From Oscillospiraceae bacterium (lineage in GTDB: Bacteria > Bacillota > Clostridia > Saccharofermentanales > Saccharofermentanaceae): DNA of 64,000 bases. Below, piece after piece: positions 1 through 9,256 of this stretch. The first letter of the stretch is position 1. Every line of letters begins with the position of its first letter. The position numbers were made by a program, and so were the translations under genes. The stretch covers positions 15,938 through 79,937 of the forward strand of contig SVIZ01000010.1 in NCBI GenBank assembly GCA_015069205.1, in the 5' to 3' direction. The notes beneath the pieces are model-generated. The model had not been told where the DNA came from and made no database searches. It worked only from the letters and a program-made list of their open reading frames with translations.

Positions 1-125
1 GGGAAGACTGCCTCAAGATCGCTGAGATCAAGATGCCTGACGTTAACGCTGCTGATGTAGAAGCATGCGCAAGAATGGTTGCAGGTACAGCTCGTTCCAT
101 GGGTATCGTTGTAAAGAAAGACTAA
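1..125 (+). CDS. rplK: 50S ribosomal protein L11, 3' end (partial)
   Basis: Frame from base 3 reads [40 protein letters not shown] (TAA 123-125), the L11 C-terminus, directly upstream of rplA. Confidence 0.95.
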   Translation, partial: EDCLKIAEIKMPDVNAADVEACARMVAGTARSMGIVVKKD

Positions 126-141
126 GAAAGGAGAATAGAGC

Positions 142-834
142 ATGAACAAAGGTAAAAGATATGCTGAGCTCGCAAAGCTCGTAGACAGATCCGTACTCTA
201 TGATCCTTCTGAGGCAGCTAAGCTTGTCTGCGAGACAGGCAAGGCTAAGTTCGATGAGACTGTAGAGCTTCACGTAAGACTCGGCGTTGACTCAAGACAC
301 GCTGACCAGCAAGTCAGAGGTGCTGTAGTTCTTCCTCACGGTACAGGCCGTACAAAGAGAGTTTTGGTACTCGCTAAGGGCCCTAAGGCTGATGAGGCTA
401 AGGAAGCAGGTGCTGATTTCGTTGGTGACGACGATATGATCGCAAAGATCGAAAAGGAAAACTGGTTTGACTTCGACGTTATCGTAGCTACACCTGACAT
501 GATGGGTAAGCTCGGTAAGCTCGGTAAGGTTTTGGGTCCTAAGGGCTTGATGCCTAACCCTAAGGCAGGCACAGTTACAATGGATGTTGTAAAGGCTGTT
601 AACGAAGTTAAGGCCGGTAAGATCGAGTACAGACTCGACAAGTCCAACATCATTCACTGCCCCGTCGGCAAGGTTTCTTTCGGTGCTGAGAAGATCGAAG
701 AGAACATTAAGGCATTGATGGAAGCTATCATCAAGGCTAAGCCGGCAGCAGCTAAGGGCCAGTACATTAAGAATTGCTCAATCGCAACAACAATGGGCCC
801 CGGAATCAAGGTAAACGCTCAGAAGTTCGCTTGA
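142..834 (+). CDS. rplA: 50S ribosomal protein L1
   Basis: [30 protein letters not shown] and TTMGPG motifs; rplK-rplA order. Confidence 0.98.
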   Translation: MNKGKRYAELAKLVDRSVLYDPSEAAKLVCETGKAKFDETVELHVRLGVDSRHADQQVRGAVVLPHGTGRTKRVLVLAKGPKADEAKEAGADFVGDDDMIAKIEKENWFDFDVIVATPDMMGKLGKLGKVLGPKGLMPNPKAGTVTMDVVKAVNEVKAGKIEYRLDKSNIIHCPVGKVSFGAEKIEENIKALMEAIIKAKPAAAKGQYIKNCSIATTMGPGIKVNAQKFA

Positions 835-859
835 TTTCGATCAATTAACAATTAAATAC

Positions 860-1013
860 CTTTCCTGCCAAAGACAGCAGGCGATTTCATTGAAATATGA
901 TTTCTGAAATGTCCGTTAAACGGGCGGCCGGCCGAGGAAGGAGCTGTTAGTTCTATTAAAGGATTAATTCGTCCCCCTTGGTTTGACCTGTCAGGTTACC
1001 CAGGGGGGTCTTT
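860..1013 (+). ncRNA. L10 leader (ribosomal protein autoregulatory RNA) with downstream attenuator hairpin
   Basis: CCAAAGACAGCAGG (868-881) and GCCGAGG (931-937) match the hallmark L10-leader elements; GC-rich hairpin 972-1009 followed by TTT; lies before rplJ. Confidence 0.8.
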
Positions 1014-1044
1014 AATAGAAATAAAATAAGGAGGAAAAACCAAA

Positions 1045-1638
1045 ATGCCCAGTGAAAAAATTCTGGCAGCTAAGCAGCAGCGTGTTGAAGAACTCGTTTC
1101 TGAACTCAAGGGCGCTACTACATATGTATTCGTAGCTACACGCGGACTTACTGTTGCTCAGGACACAGAGATGCGTTCAGAGCTCCGTAAGGCAGGTGTT
1201 AAGTTTGAGGTTATCAAGAACACAGTTCTCAGACGCGTATTTGCAGAGCTTGGCTTCGAAGGACTTGATGAAGTATTCGAGGGACCTACAGCAGTAGGAT
1301 ACTCTGATGATATCATCGCTCCTGCAAAGGTACTCGCTAAGTTCAGTGAGGACTTTGAGCCCATGGAGATCAAGGGCGGTATTATCGATGGTAAGGTTGC
1401 AACAATTGCTGAGATCGTTGCTCTCTCCAAGGTACCGGATCCTACAACACTCCAGACACAGGTTGCATATTCTTTGCTTTTCCCTTTTACAAAGCTCGCT
1501 ATGCTTGTAAAGGCAGTTGCAGAGAAGAAGCAGGAAGAAGGCGGTGAGGCAGCTCCCGCAGCAGAAACAGCAGCAGTTGAGGCGCCCGCAGAGGCTCCCG
1601 CAGAAGAAGCTGCACCCGCGGAAACACCCGCAGAGTAA
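1045..1638 (+). CDS. rplJ: 50S ribosomal protein L10 with Ala/Glu/Pro-rich C-terminal tail
   Basis: RGLTVAQDTEMRSELR, VIKNTVLRR and KGGIIDG motifs; position between rplA and rplL. Confidence 0.96.
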   Translation: MPSEKILAAKQQRVEELVSELKGATTYVFVATRGLTVAQDTEMRSELRKAGVKFEVIKNTVLRRVFAELGFEGLDEVFEGPTAVGYSDDIIAPAKVLAKFSEDFEPMEIKGGIIDGKVATIAEIVALSKVPDPTTLQTQVAYSLLFPFTKLAMLVKAVAEKKQEEGGEAAPAAETAAVEAPAEAPAEEAAPAETPAE

Positions 1639-1669
1639 TTAGCTAAATTATTATAGGAGGAAACTTAAA

Positions 1670-2047
1670 ATGGCTAGTGAGAAAGTTACAAGCATTCTTG
1701 AAGAAATAAAGGGTCTCTCAGTAATCGAGCTTTTCGATCTTGAGAAGGCTATTGAAGAGGAATTTGGCGTATCTGCAGCTGCAGTTGCAGTTTCTGCTGG
1801 TGCTGGCGCAGGCGCTGGTGCAGCAGCTGCTGAGCAGACAGAGTTCACAGTTATGCTCAAGAGCTTCGGCGATTCCAAGATGGGCGTTATCAAGGCAGTT
1901 AAGGATGTTCTTGGTATGGGTCTTAAGGAAGCTAAGGAACTCGTTGAGAAGGCACCTGTTGCCCTCAAGGAGAACGTTTCTAAGGAAGAGGCTGATGACC
2001 TTATGAAGAAGCTCGCAGATTGCGGCGGTGAGCTCGAGCTCAAGTAA
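1670..2047 (+). CDS. rplL: 50S ribosomal protein L7/L12
   Basis: [11 protein letters not shown] hinge, [17 protein letters not shown] motifs. Confidence 0.98.
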   Translation: MASEKVTSILEEIKGLSVIELFDLEKAIEEEFGVSAAAVAVSAGAGAGAGAAAAEQTEFTVMLKSFGDSKMGVIKAVKDVLGMGLKEAKELVEKAPVALKENVSKEEADDLMKKLADCGGELELK

Positions 2048-2078
2048 TTCTTCTAAATACTTTAGAATAGTGACTTAT

Positions 2079-2114
2079 AGAGGCTGTCCAATGCGGGCAG
2101 CCTCTTTCCTTTTT
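2079..2114 (+). terminator. Intrinsic terminator of rplJL
   Basis: AGAGGCTGTCC-aatgc-GGGCAGCCTCT followed by T-rich tract. Confidence 0.85.
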
Positions 2115-2168
2115 ATAACCCAATACTCATCGGTAATTGAATAAAGCCATTTTGATAGCTAATTGCTA

Positions 2169-2197
2169 TTGACTTTAAATCTATGAGTGGATATAAT
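2169..2197 (+). promoter_or_regulatory. Sigma-A promoter of tRNA operon
   Basis: TTGACT-17 nt-TATAAT, 17 nt upstream of the first tRNA. Confidence 0.85.
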
Positions 2198-2214
2198 TTC
2201 AAAGCAACTTTTAT

Positions 2215-2291
2215 GGCGGCGTAGCTCAGTTGGCCAGAGCGTCCGGTTCATACCCGGCAGGTCGTAGGTTCGAATCCCACCGCCGCTACCA
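2215..2291 (+). tRNA. tRNA-Met (CAT), elongator type
   Basis: GGCGGCGTAGCTCAG...CCGG-TTCATAC-CCGG...GTTCGAATC...CCGCCGCTACCA cloverleaf with encoded CCA. Confidence 0.93.
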
Positions 2292-2296
2292 TAAAA

Positions 2297-2371
2297 GGCC
2301 CGTTGGTCAACCGGCTAAGACGTCGCCCTTTCACGGCGGAGTAACGAGTTCAACTCTCGTACGGGTCACCA
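2297..2371 (+). tRNA. tRNA-Glu (TTC)
   Basis: GGCCCGTTGGTCAA...anticodon loop CTTTCAC...GTTCAACT...CGGGTCACCA. Confidence 0.93.
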
Positions 2372-2373
2372 AT

Positions 2374-2447
2374 GGTACCATAGCCAAGTGGTAAGGCATG
2401 GGTCTGCAAAACCCTGATCCCCAGTTCAAATCTGGGTGGTACCTCCA
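2374..2447 (+). tRNA. tRNA-Cys (GCA)
   Basis: GGTACCATAGCCAAGTGG...loop CTGCAAA...GTTCAAAT...GGTACCTCCA. Confidence 0.93.
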
Positions 2448-2483
2448 AAAGCGTCGCTTTTCTTACAAAGCGACGCTTTTTTT
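2448..2483 (+). terminator. Terminator of tRNA operon
   Basis: AAAGCGTCGCTTT-tcttac-AAAGCGACGCTTT plus TTTT. Confidence 0.9.
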
Positions 2484-2553
2484 AGTCAGACAATCAGAGT
2501 AAAATAGTTGCTATTCAATTGAGATTACGGATACCCCGGGAGATGAGGTTTGC

Positions 2554-3507
2554 ATGAGAGAGGATATAAAGGAATTACTTAAAAGATACGATGAGATCGG
2601 CGCACTGATCCTTGAGCAGAAGCTCGACGAGTTCGGTGACAAGCTCGACCAGAAGCCCGACGATGTTGACGATACAACATACGAGGAATATATCCAGCGT
2701 CTTGCAAAAGAAGAGACAGACGAGGCTACGGCAAAGCTCGAGAATGAACCTGATGAGCGCTTAGGTGATAAGTCTATGCGTCAGGTAATGGATGAGCTGA
2801 GCTTCGAAGAGAAGACTGAGGCACTTGAATACAGCGCCCTTAACCTCGACAGAGGCGTTCCCCAGTCCCTTGTATCAAGCATCGCTACAGAGACTGCTGA
2901 CATGGTAAGAGATTACTGCGGAAAGGTCATCGGCGAGTGCGCATGGACAGAAGAAGAGCTTTCTGATGAGAATGTTCTTTTCGAGATGCAGTTCCAGAAG
3001 GCTATCGCATGCTTTGAAGTTCTCATTCAGATGAAGGAACCCTGCTTTATCCAGGCGGTGCTCGACCGTTACTTAAGCTACGGCAAGACAAGAGAATTCG
3101 TTGCTGAGTCCATCGCTGAATATATCGAGGCATTCCCTGAAGTATCTGAGCCTTACCTCATCGGTATCATCGAGAACAACATCGATACAGGCCTTGAAGG
3201 ACCTTGCGAAGATGTTGTCATCATGCTTACCGAGATCGGCAAAAAGCATAAGACTGAAGAGATCTATCAGACATTGAGACATGCGTTCAGATACATGACG
3301 AACAAGATCTATGCGGTAATCTGTCTTGCTGATTACGGCGATGACAGAGCAGTTGCAATGTTCAAGAATTACATCAACCGCAATCAGAAGTCGATCGAGA
3401 GAGACCTTTTCTACGAGATGATGTCCGCTATCCAGAATCTGGGCGGCGATATCTCGGATATCCAGGATCCTTTTGGAGATTTTCAGAAGAAGCAGGACAA
3501 GAAGTAA
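2554..3507 (+). CDS. Acidic alpha-helical hypothetical protein (possible HEAT-like repeats)
   Basis: 317-aa ORF with host-like codon usage and RBS GAGG; helical pattern such as AVICLADYGDDRAVAMF resembles HEAT repeats. Confidence 0.7.
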   Translation: MREDIKELLKRYDEIGALILEQKLDEFGDKLDQKPDDVDDTTYEEYIQRLAKEETDEATAKLENEPDERLGDKSMRQVMDELSFEEKTEALEYSALNLDRGVPQSLVSSIATETADMVRDYCGKVIGECAWTEEELSDENVLFEMQFQKAIACFEVLIQMKEPCFIQAVLDRYLSYGKTREFVAESIAEYIEAFPEVSEPYLIGIIENNIDTGLEGPCEDVVIMLTEIGKKHKTEEIYQTLRHAFRYMTNKIYAVICLADYGDDRAVAMFKNYINRNQKSIERDLFYEMMSAIQNLGGDISDIQDPFGDFQKKQDKK

Positions 3508-3509
3508 TA

Positions 3510-4619
3510 ATGAACTTTAAGTACAAAAGAACAGAGAATCTCGAGGCACTCTTAAATCTTTTAAGAGACTACTCATTAAGCGACCAGATCCTTTTTGGCC
3601 AGCAGAATGCAGGCCATTTTGGTGTGTCAATAAATTCAACTGACGGCACGGAATCAGACTGCAAGAATCTTTGCGGAAGCCATCCTGCTGTCGTAGGAAT
3701 AGATACATTGGGTTTCACGGGTTATGAGGGCACAATGAATGAACTCGTAACGGCAGTCAAGAATATGAGAAGAGAGGGTATAATCATAACGCTGTCTTCA
3801 CACATGCCGAACTTCACGTTAGGCGGTGAGGAGTTCTACGATTATTCTCCGAACATCACCGAAGGCGACTGCGGCAAAAGAATCATGCCCGGCGGAGATC
3901 TCAATGCGAAATACTGCAGATTTCTTGATATGATCGCAGAATTTGCATCTGCATGCGTCGATGTTGAAGGCGAGAAGATCCCCATGATCTTCCGTCCGTT
4001 CCACGAATGCAACGGAAGCTGGTTCTGGTGGGGCAAAGATTACCTTACAGATGAGGAATATATCGATCTGTTCAGATATACCGTTGATTACCTCATGGAC
4101 CAGAAGGGCGTTGATAATCTTGCTGTTGCCTATTCTCCTAATGGCCCGGTAACAAGCGATACCGAATATCTTTCCAGATATCCGGGTGACGACTACATTG
4201 ATATCCTGGGTCTTGATTACTATCACGACAAGCCTCACAAGGGAGACGGTTTCTATCACAAACTGACATCGTCATTTGATGTTATCGACAGGATTGCCGA
4301 AGAGCGCGGAAAGATCACGGCACTTACCGAGATCGGTTACCGCTCACTTGATACCGAGAACGGTTATTTTGAAGGTCTTGCGCCGATGGGTAACACGGTG
4401 CCTGACTGGTTTACACAGACCCTTGATGCGATCACTTCGACAGAGAGCGGAAAGAGCCTTGCATACATGCTCATATGGGCCAATTTTTCTGATACGCAGT
4501 TCTGGCTTCCTTTCGTCACAGATGACTTCAGACATGAGATGTGTGATGACTTTTTGAAGTTTGCCGAAGACCCCAGGATCAAACTGGCTCCGGCATTTGA
4601 TTTGCCTGACCAGGTCTGA
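3510..4619 (+). CDS. Glycoside hydrolase family 26 (beta-mannanase type), no signal peptide
   Basis: HPAVVGID, IFRPFHECNGSWFWWG (acid/base Glu), YPGDDYIDILGLDYY, TEIG (nucleophile Glu). Confidence 0.9.
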   Translation: MNFKYKRTENLEALLNLLRDYSLSDQILFGQQNAGHFGVSINSTDGTESDCKNLCGSHPAVVGIDTLGFTGYEGTMNELVTAVKNMRREGIIITLSSHMPNFTLGGEEFYDYSPNITEGDCGKRIMPGGDLNAKYCRFLDMIAEFASACVDVEGEKIPMIFRPFHECNGSWFWWGKDYLTDEEYIDLFRYTVDYLMDQKGVDNLAVAYSPNGPVTSDTEYLSRYPGDDYIDILGLDYYHDKPHKGDGFYHKLTSSFDVIDRIAEERGKITALTEIGYRSLDTENGYFEGLAPMGNTVPDWFTQTLDAITSTESGKSLAYMLIWANFSDTQFWLPFVTDDFRHEMCDDFLKFAEDPRIKLAPAFDLPDQV

Positions 4620-4644
4620 TAAGATTGCTTTGAATTAAGGCTTT

Positions 4645-4720
4645 GCGGGTTTAACTCAGTTGGTAGAGTGTCAGCTTCCCAAGCTGAATGTCGCGGGTTC
4701 GAACCCCGTAACCCGCTCCA
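4645..4720 (+). tRNA. tRNA-Gly (CCC)
   Basis: GCGGGTTTAACTCAG...TCAGC-TTCCCAA-GCTGA...GTTCGAAC...ACCCGCTCCA. Confidence 0.93.
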
Positions 4721-4859
4721 TAACCAAAGATCTCTTTCCGTATATAAACATGGAAGGGGATTTTTTATTTTCGTGGGAAAACACATCGGGAAATTGATAT
4801 AAAACAATTCTCAAAAGAAGTAAAATCTTTTTATACCAAAATCCAAGGAGGATAAAACT

Positions 4860-5018
4860 ATGCAGAAATATGTATGCACTTTATGCGGCTACGAATACGA
4901 TCCCGAGATTGGTGATCCCGACAGCGGAATTGCACCCGGCACAGCATTCGAGGATATCCCTGAGGATTGGAAATGTCCTGTTTGCGGTGTAGGCAAGGAG
5001 AATTTCCAGCCTGCGTAA
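4860..5018 (+). CDS. Rubredoxin (52 aa; not in the ORF track)
   Basis: [52 protein letters not shown], two CxxC motifs, RBS AAGGAGG. Confidence 0.96.
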   Translation: MQKYVCTLCGYEYDPEIGDPDSGIAPGTAFEDIPEDWKCPVCGVGKENFQPA

Positions 5019-5099
5019 ATCGCTGAATTATAAAGATAAAACGGGTTCGCGGCAGGAATCGGAAGATCCTTCCGCGGCCCTTATATTTTCAGGAGTTGA

Positions 5100-6236
5100 A
5101 TGAACATGGCCAGTCAGGAAAAGAGCATAAACAGAGAAAAGACGATAGTAACGACAGGCATTATCGGCATCGTTGCCAATGTTTTTCTTGCATCTTTTAA
5201 GGCGCTGATCGGTGTTGCTGCGCATTCGACGGCCATGGTCCTTGATGCCGTTAATAACTTCAGTGACGTGTTATCGTCTTTAGTCGCGATAATCGGCACT
5301 AAGATCGCATCCAGAAAGCCTGATAAGAAGCATCCGTTAGGTCACGGAAGAGTCGAATATCTTGCACAGATGATCATTGCCGCTCTTATCATATATGCCG
5401 GTTTAACGGCCATGATAGAGTCGGTAAAGAAGATAATCAATCCCGTTGAGCCTGAGCATTCAGCCTTGTCTCTTGTGATAATCTCCGTTGCGATCGTCGT
5501 TAAGATCGTGCTTGGACTTTTTGTCAGAAAGCAAGGAAAGAAGGTAAAGTCAGACCTTTTGATGTCATCTGGAACAGATGCTCTTTTCGATGCCATCTTA
5601 TCGACTGCAGTACTTGTATCCGCAGTGATACTCCTCGTTTTCAAGTTCAACATCGAAGCGTATGTCAGTGTTGCCATCTCGCTCTTCATTCTTAAAGCAG
5701 GTTTAGAGATTATTTTCGAAGCTGTTGACGACATGCTCGGTCACAGAGTCGAAGCTGAGTATACGAGGAAGGTTAAAGAAAGCGTCAATTCGTTTGATGA
5801 AGTTCACGGCGCTTACGATATTGTCCTTCACAACTACGGACCGGAAAGATATCTCGGTTCAGTCCACATTGAAGTCGACGACACCATGACTGCTCACCAG
5901 ATAGATGCACTTACCAGAAGCATCACCGAGAAGGTTTATTTAGATACAGGCATAATTCTTACGGCTGTCGGAATCTATTCCAATAATTCTTCAGATGAGC
6001 ATCTCATGAAGATGAGAAATGAGATCGCCGGACTTGTCGTTGACCATAAGCACATTCTCCAGATCCACGGATTCTATGTCGATGAGGAGAGAAAGAAAAT
6101 CGTCTTCGACGTCGTTGTCGATTTTGAGGAGCAGGACAGGGAAGGCCTTATCGCGCATATAGTCGGTGATGTTAAGGAAGCCCTTCCGGGATATGATGTC
6201 CAGGTTACCATCGACAATGATATAAGCGATCAGTAA
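5100..6236 (+). CDS. Cation diffusion facilitator (CDF/FieF-like) metal transporter
   Basis: N-terminal TM helices, DAVNNFSD and KHPLGHGRVEY motifs, C-terminal dimerisation domain. Confidence 0.9.
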   Translation: MNMASQEKSINREKTIVTTGIIGIVANVFLASFKALIGVAAHSTAMVLDAVNNFSDVLSSLVAIIGTKIASRKPDKKHPLGHGRVEYLAQMIIAALIIYAGLTAMIESVKKIINPVEPEHSALSLVIISVAIVVKIVLGLFVRKQGKKVKSDLLMSSGTDALFDAILSTAVLVSAVILLVFKFNIEAYVSVAISLFILKAGLEIIFEAVDDMLGHRVEAEYTRKVKESVNSFDEVHGAYDIVLHNYGPERYLGSVHIEVDDTMTAHQIDALTRSITEKVYLDTGIILTAVGIYSNNSSDEHLMKMRNEIAGLVVDHKHILQIHGFYVDEERKKIVFDVVVDFEEQDREGLIAHIVGDVKEALPGYDVQVTIDNDISDQ

Positions 6237-6286
6237 GCGGTTTTTGCGCCCATTTTCGCGAAAAAACATTTTCTTAAAATTTGGTG

Positions 6287-6315
6287 TTGACAAAAAATAG
6301 GCTCGACCATATAAT
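6287..6315 (+). promoter_or_regulatory. Sigma-A promoter of tRNA-Gly
   Basis: Perfect TTGACA-17 nt-TATAAT, 10 nt before the tRNA. Confidence 0.9.
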
Positions 6316-6325
6316 AATCAGGCAC

Positions 6326-6400
6326 GCGGGATTAACTCAGTGGTAGAGTGTCACCTTGCCAAGGTGAAAGTCGCGAGTCCGAGTCTCGTATCCCGCTCCA
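6326..6400 (+). tRNA. tRNA-Gly (GCC)
   Basis: GCGGGATTAACTCAG...TCACC-TTGCCAA-GGTGA...TCCCGCTCCA; T-loop reads TCCGAGT; terminator hairpin 6403-6432 follows. Confidence 0.9.
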
Positions 6401-6559
6401 CCAAAAGCCTTGATTTTTCAAGGCTTTTTTTATTTTCTGCCCTAAAAAACACCAACGAAAAAGTCACTATTTTTTTCGTATGTTTCCGAACTTTCAAATA
6501 TGTCCGCGGTAATGTATATTTATAGTATCAACAGAATCTGAATTTTCGGAGGTAGCCAA

Positions 6560-7426
6560 GTGAAAGGTATTATTCTTGCTGCAGGAAAGGGCACCCGTCT
6601 TTATCCCATTACAAAGCCGGTGTGCAAGCCTTTGCTCCCCGTTTACGATAAACCGATGATCTACTATCCGCTCTCCGTTCTTATGGAAGCAGGAATCAAA
6701 GATATCCTCGTAATCACTCCGCCTGACGATACAAAGCCTTTCGTCGATCTTCTGGGTAACGGCGAACATCTCGGAGTCTCGATCCAGTATATGGAACAGA
6801 AGGTTCAGAGAGGTATTGCCGATGCTTTCATCATCGCCAAGGATTTCATCGCAGGCGATTCAGTTTGCCTCGCTCTCGGAGACAACATCTTCTACGGACC
6901 TTTCTTCAGACGCAAGCTCAGGCTTGCAAGCCGTCAGGAACAGGGCGCAGTTATCTTCGGATATTATGTAGCAGACCCGAGAGCTTTTGGTGTCGTTGAG
7001 TTTGATGCTGACGGAAAGGCAGTATCCATTGAGGAGAAGCCGCGCCATCCCAAGTCAAATTACATCGTTCCGGGACTCTATTTCTACGACTCACAGGTTT
7101 GCGATATCGCGGCAAACATCCAGCCTTCCGCAAGAGGCGAGCTTGAGATCACATCAGTCAATGAGGAATACCTCAAGAAAGACCAGCTCCACGTTATTCC
7201 TTTGGGTAAGGAGTTCTCCTGGTTCGATGCAGGTAATCCGGACAGCCTCTATGAAGCTGCAGGCCAGATCAGAGCCGCACAGAGATCAGGAAGAATGATC
7301 GGATGTCTTGAAGAGATTGCATGGCACAACAGATGGATAGAGAAGGAGAAGTTCATTGAGCTTGCCCAGTCCATGTCCAAGACCGATTACGGCCAGTACC
7401 TTGCTTCTTTGGGTGAAGATATCTGA
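6560..7426 (+). CDS. rfbA: Glucose-1-phosphate thymidylyltransferase
   Basis: KGIILAAGKGTRLYPIT, KPLLPVYDKPMIYYPL, GLYFYD, SARGELEITSVN. Confidence 0.95.
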   Translation: MKGIILAAGKGTRLYPITKPVCKPLLPVYDKPMIYYPLSVLMEAGIKDILVITPPDDTKPFVDLLGNGEHLGVSIQYMEQKVQRGIADAFIIAKDFIAGDSVCLALGDNIFYGPFFRRKLRLASRQEQGAVIFGYYVADPRAFGVVEFDADGKAVSIEEKPRHPKSNYIVPGLYFYDSQVCDIAANIQPSARGELEITSVNEEYLKKDQLHVIPLGKEFSWFDAGNPDSLYEAAGQIRAAQRSGRMIGCLEEIAWHNRWIEKEKFIELAQSMSKTDYGQYLASLGEDI

Positions 7427-7516
7427 TAAGACGGATGTTTTTGAATTTCAGAAGTTAATGTTATAATTGACATATGTCGTAAATGCGGCATATGTCATTT
7501 TTTTAGGAGTGCACCA

Positions 7517-7861
7517 GTGCCAAGGCCGGTAAGAGTCAGAAGGGTTTGCGAGGAACCCAAGTTCACTAAGTTCGTTCCGCAGGATGGTGCGGGCAGTGAG
7601 TCGCAGGTCCTCACGATCGAAGAGTATGAGACTATCCGTCATGTGGATTACCAGAATAAAACACATGAGGAATGCGCAGCTCTTATGGATATCTCGAGGA
7701 CCACGGTGACTGAGATCTATGAATCGGCAAGATTTAAGATCGCGGATGCCCTGATCAACGGCAAGACATTGTGTGTCGAAGGCGGTAACTACAGAGTATG
7801 TGAAGGCGGCGAATGCTGCTTTTCAAAGGACAAAAAGTGCAACGGAGATTGCAATAACTGA
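7517..7861 (+). CDS. DUF134-family predicted DNA-binding protein with Cys-rich tail
   Basis: MPRP..RRV, EEYETIRHVD, ECAALMDISRTTV, KIADALINGKTLCVEGGNY; RBS AGGAG before GTG. Confidence 0.85.
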   Translation: MPRPVRVRRVCEEPKFTKFVPQDGAGSESQVLTIEEYETIRHVDYQNKTHEECAALMDISRTTVTEIYESARFKIADALINGKTLCVEGGNYRVCEGGECCFSKDKKCNGDCNN

Positions 7862-7880
7862 TTTGGAAGGAGACAGATCA

Positions 7881-8201
7881 ATGGCAGAAATCATTTTGGA
7901 TGACATGAATTTTGAAGAGGAAGTTCTTATGAGCAGCACACCTGTTCTTGTTGACTTCTGGGCACCCTGGTGCGGACCCTGCAAGATGCTCGGCCCCGTT
8001 ATCTCTGCCATTGCGGAGAAGTACGACGGCAAGCTCAAGGTATGCAAGTATAACTGTGATGATTCAACTGAATTTGCTGAAAAGTACTCTGTAGACAGCA
8101 TTCCCGCAGTTAAGTTCTTTAAGGATGGAGAGCTTGTAAATGAGTCTCTTGGCTTCGTTCCGCAGCCTGCACTCGAGGCGATCATCGAAGGCATAATCTG
8201 A
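7881..8201 (+). CDS. trxA: Thioredoxin
   Basis: VDFWAPWCGPCK active site; start moved to ATG 7881 after RBS AAGGAG. Confidence 0.95.
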   Translation: MAEIILDDMNFEEEVLMSSTPVLVDFWAPWCGPCKMLGPVISAIAEKYDGKLKVCKYNCDDSTEFAEKYSVDSIPAVKFFKDGELVNESLGFVPQPALEAIIEGII

Positions 8202-8237
8202 TATCTTAAAAACAAACAGTCAACAGTGATTCCGGCT

Positions 8238-9128
8238 TCAGGTTTTGAAGTCCGGAATCATTTCGTTTCCGGAGGATTCGTATTCCTGGATGAAAGCGTT
8301 GGTCTGGCCTTTTGATGCAAGGTAATCTGCGAGACTCTCACATGTCCGTTTGGAAGGTCGTTCTTTGAGCTTGCCCGTGCAAGCCGGCATCGGAGTGTAC
8401 TGGCTCATGAGGCTTATGAAGATCCTGTTTCCGTATCTTGAAGTCAGATAATCCAGCACATGTTTTGAATCGAAAAGGCCTCCCGGAAGAATAAGATGTC
8501 TTACGATAACGCCTTTTTTGATCAGGCCGTCATCTCCCATGACAATATCACCGGTCTGCCTTACCATCTCGTCTATGGCCTGGCAGCAGACCGCGAAGTA
8601 ATCTTTGGCATTTGAATACTCGGAAGAGAATTTGGGTGAGAAATATTTCATGTCCGGCATGTATATATCGACCAGCCCGTCGAAAAGTTTCAGCGTTGAT
8701 ACAAGGTCGTAGCCCGAGCAGTTTACTGCGACGGGAATCTTAAGACCTCTTGTTTTCGCGACAGATATCGAATCAGCAACCGCAGGAGCAAAATGCATAG
8801 GCGTTACGAGATTTATGTTATTTGCGCCATCATCCTGAAGCTTAAGATAAGCATCTGCAAGAGAAGAACTGTCCATCTTCATTCCTAAGCCTGTGGGACC
8901 TCTTGAGATCGTGTAATTCTGGCAGAAAACGCAGCCTAAGCTGCAGCCTTCAAAAAACACCGTGCCGCTGCCTTTATCTCCTGATATGATCGGTTCTTCT
9001 CCATAATGAAGCTTTATGAGGTTTACGATAGGAAATCCGGGCATTCTGCAGTAACCGGTCTTACCTCCGGTCCTGTCGGCTCCGCACCTTCTCGGGCAGA
9101 GGTTGCAATTGGCAAACAGATCATCCAT
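8238..9128 (-). CDS. Radical SAM protein, PflX-like
   Basis: N-terminal CNLCPRRC, CSLGCVFC (Cx3Cx2C), VDIYMPDMKY, VIVRHLILPG, ISLMSQYTP. Confidence 0.9.
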   Translation of the reverse strand: MDDLFANCNLCPRRCGADRTGGKTGYCRMPGFPIVNLIKLHYGEEPIISGDKGSGTVFFEGCSLGCVFCQNYTISRGPTGLGMKMDSSSLADAYLKLQDDGANNINLVTPMHFAPAVADSISVAKTRGLKIPVAVNCSGYDLVSTLKLFDGLVDIYMPDMKYFSPKFSSEYSNAKDYFAVCCQAIDEMVRQTGDIVMGDDGLIKKGVIVRHLILPGGLFDSKHVLDYLTSRYGNRIFISLMSQYTPMPACTGKLKERPSKRTCESLADYLASKGQTNAFIQEYESSGNEMIPDFKT

Positions 9129-9256
9129 AACACGGATATTTTACTACTATCGATACCCCGAGTTGTTGTTATATCCAAACAGAATCGAAATTGAGGTTCC
9201 AAAATACAGACAGATTTACTTATATCTGTTCGCTAACAGGATGTTAAAATCTACTC

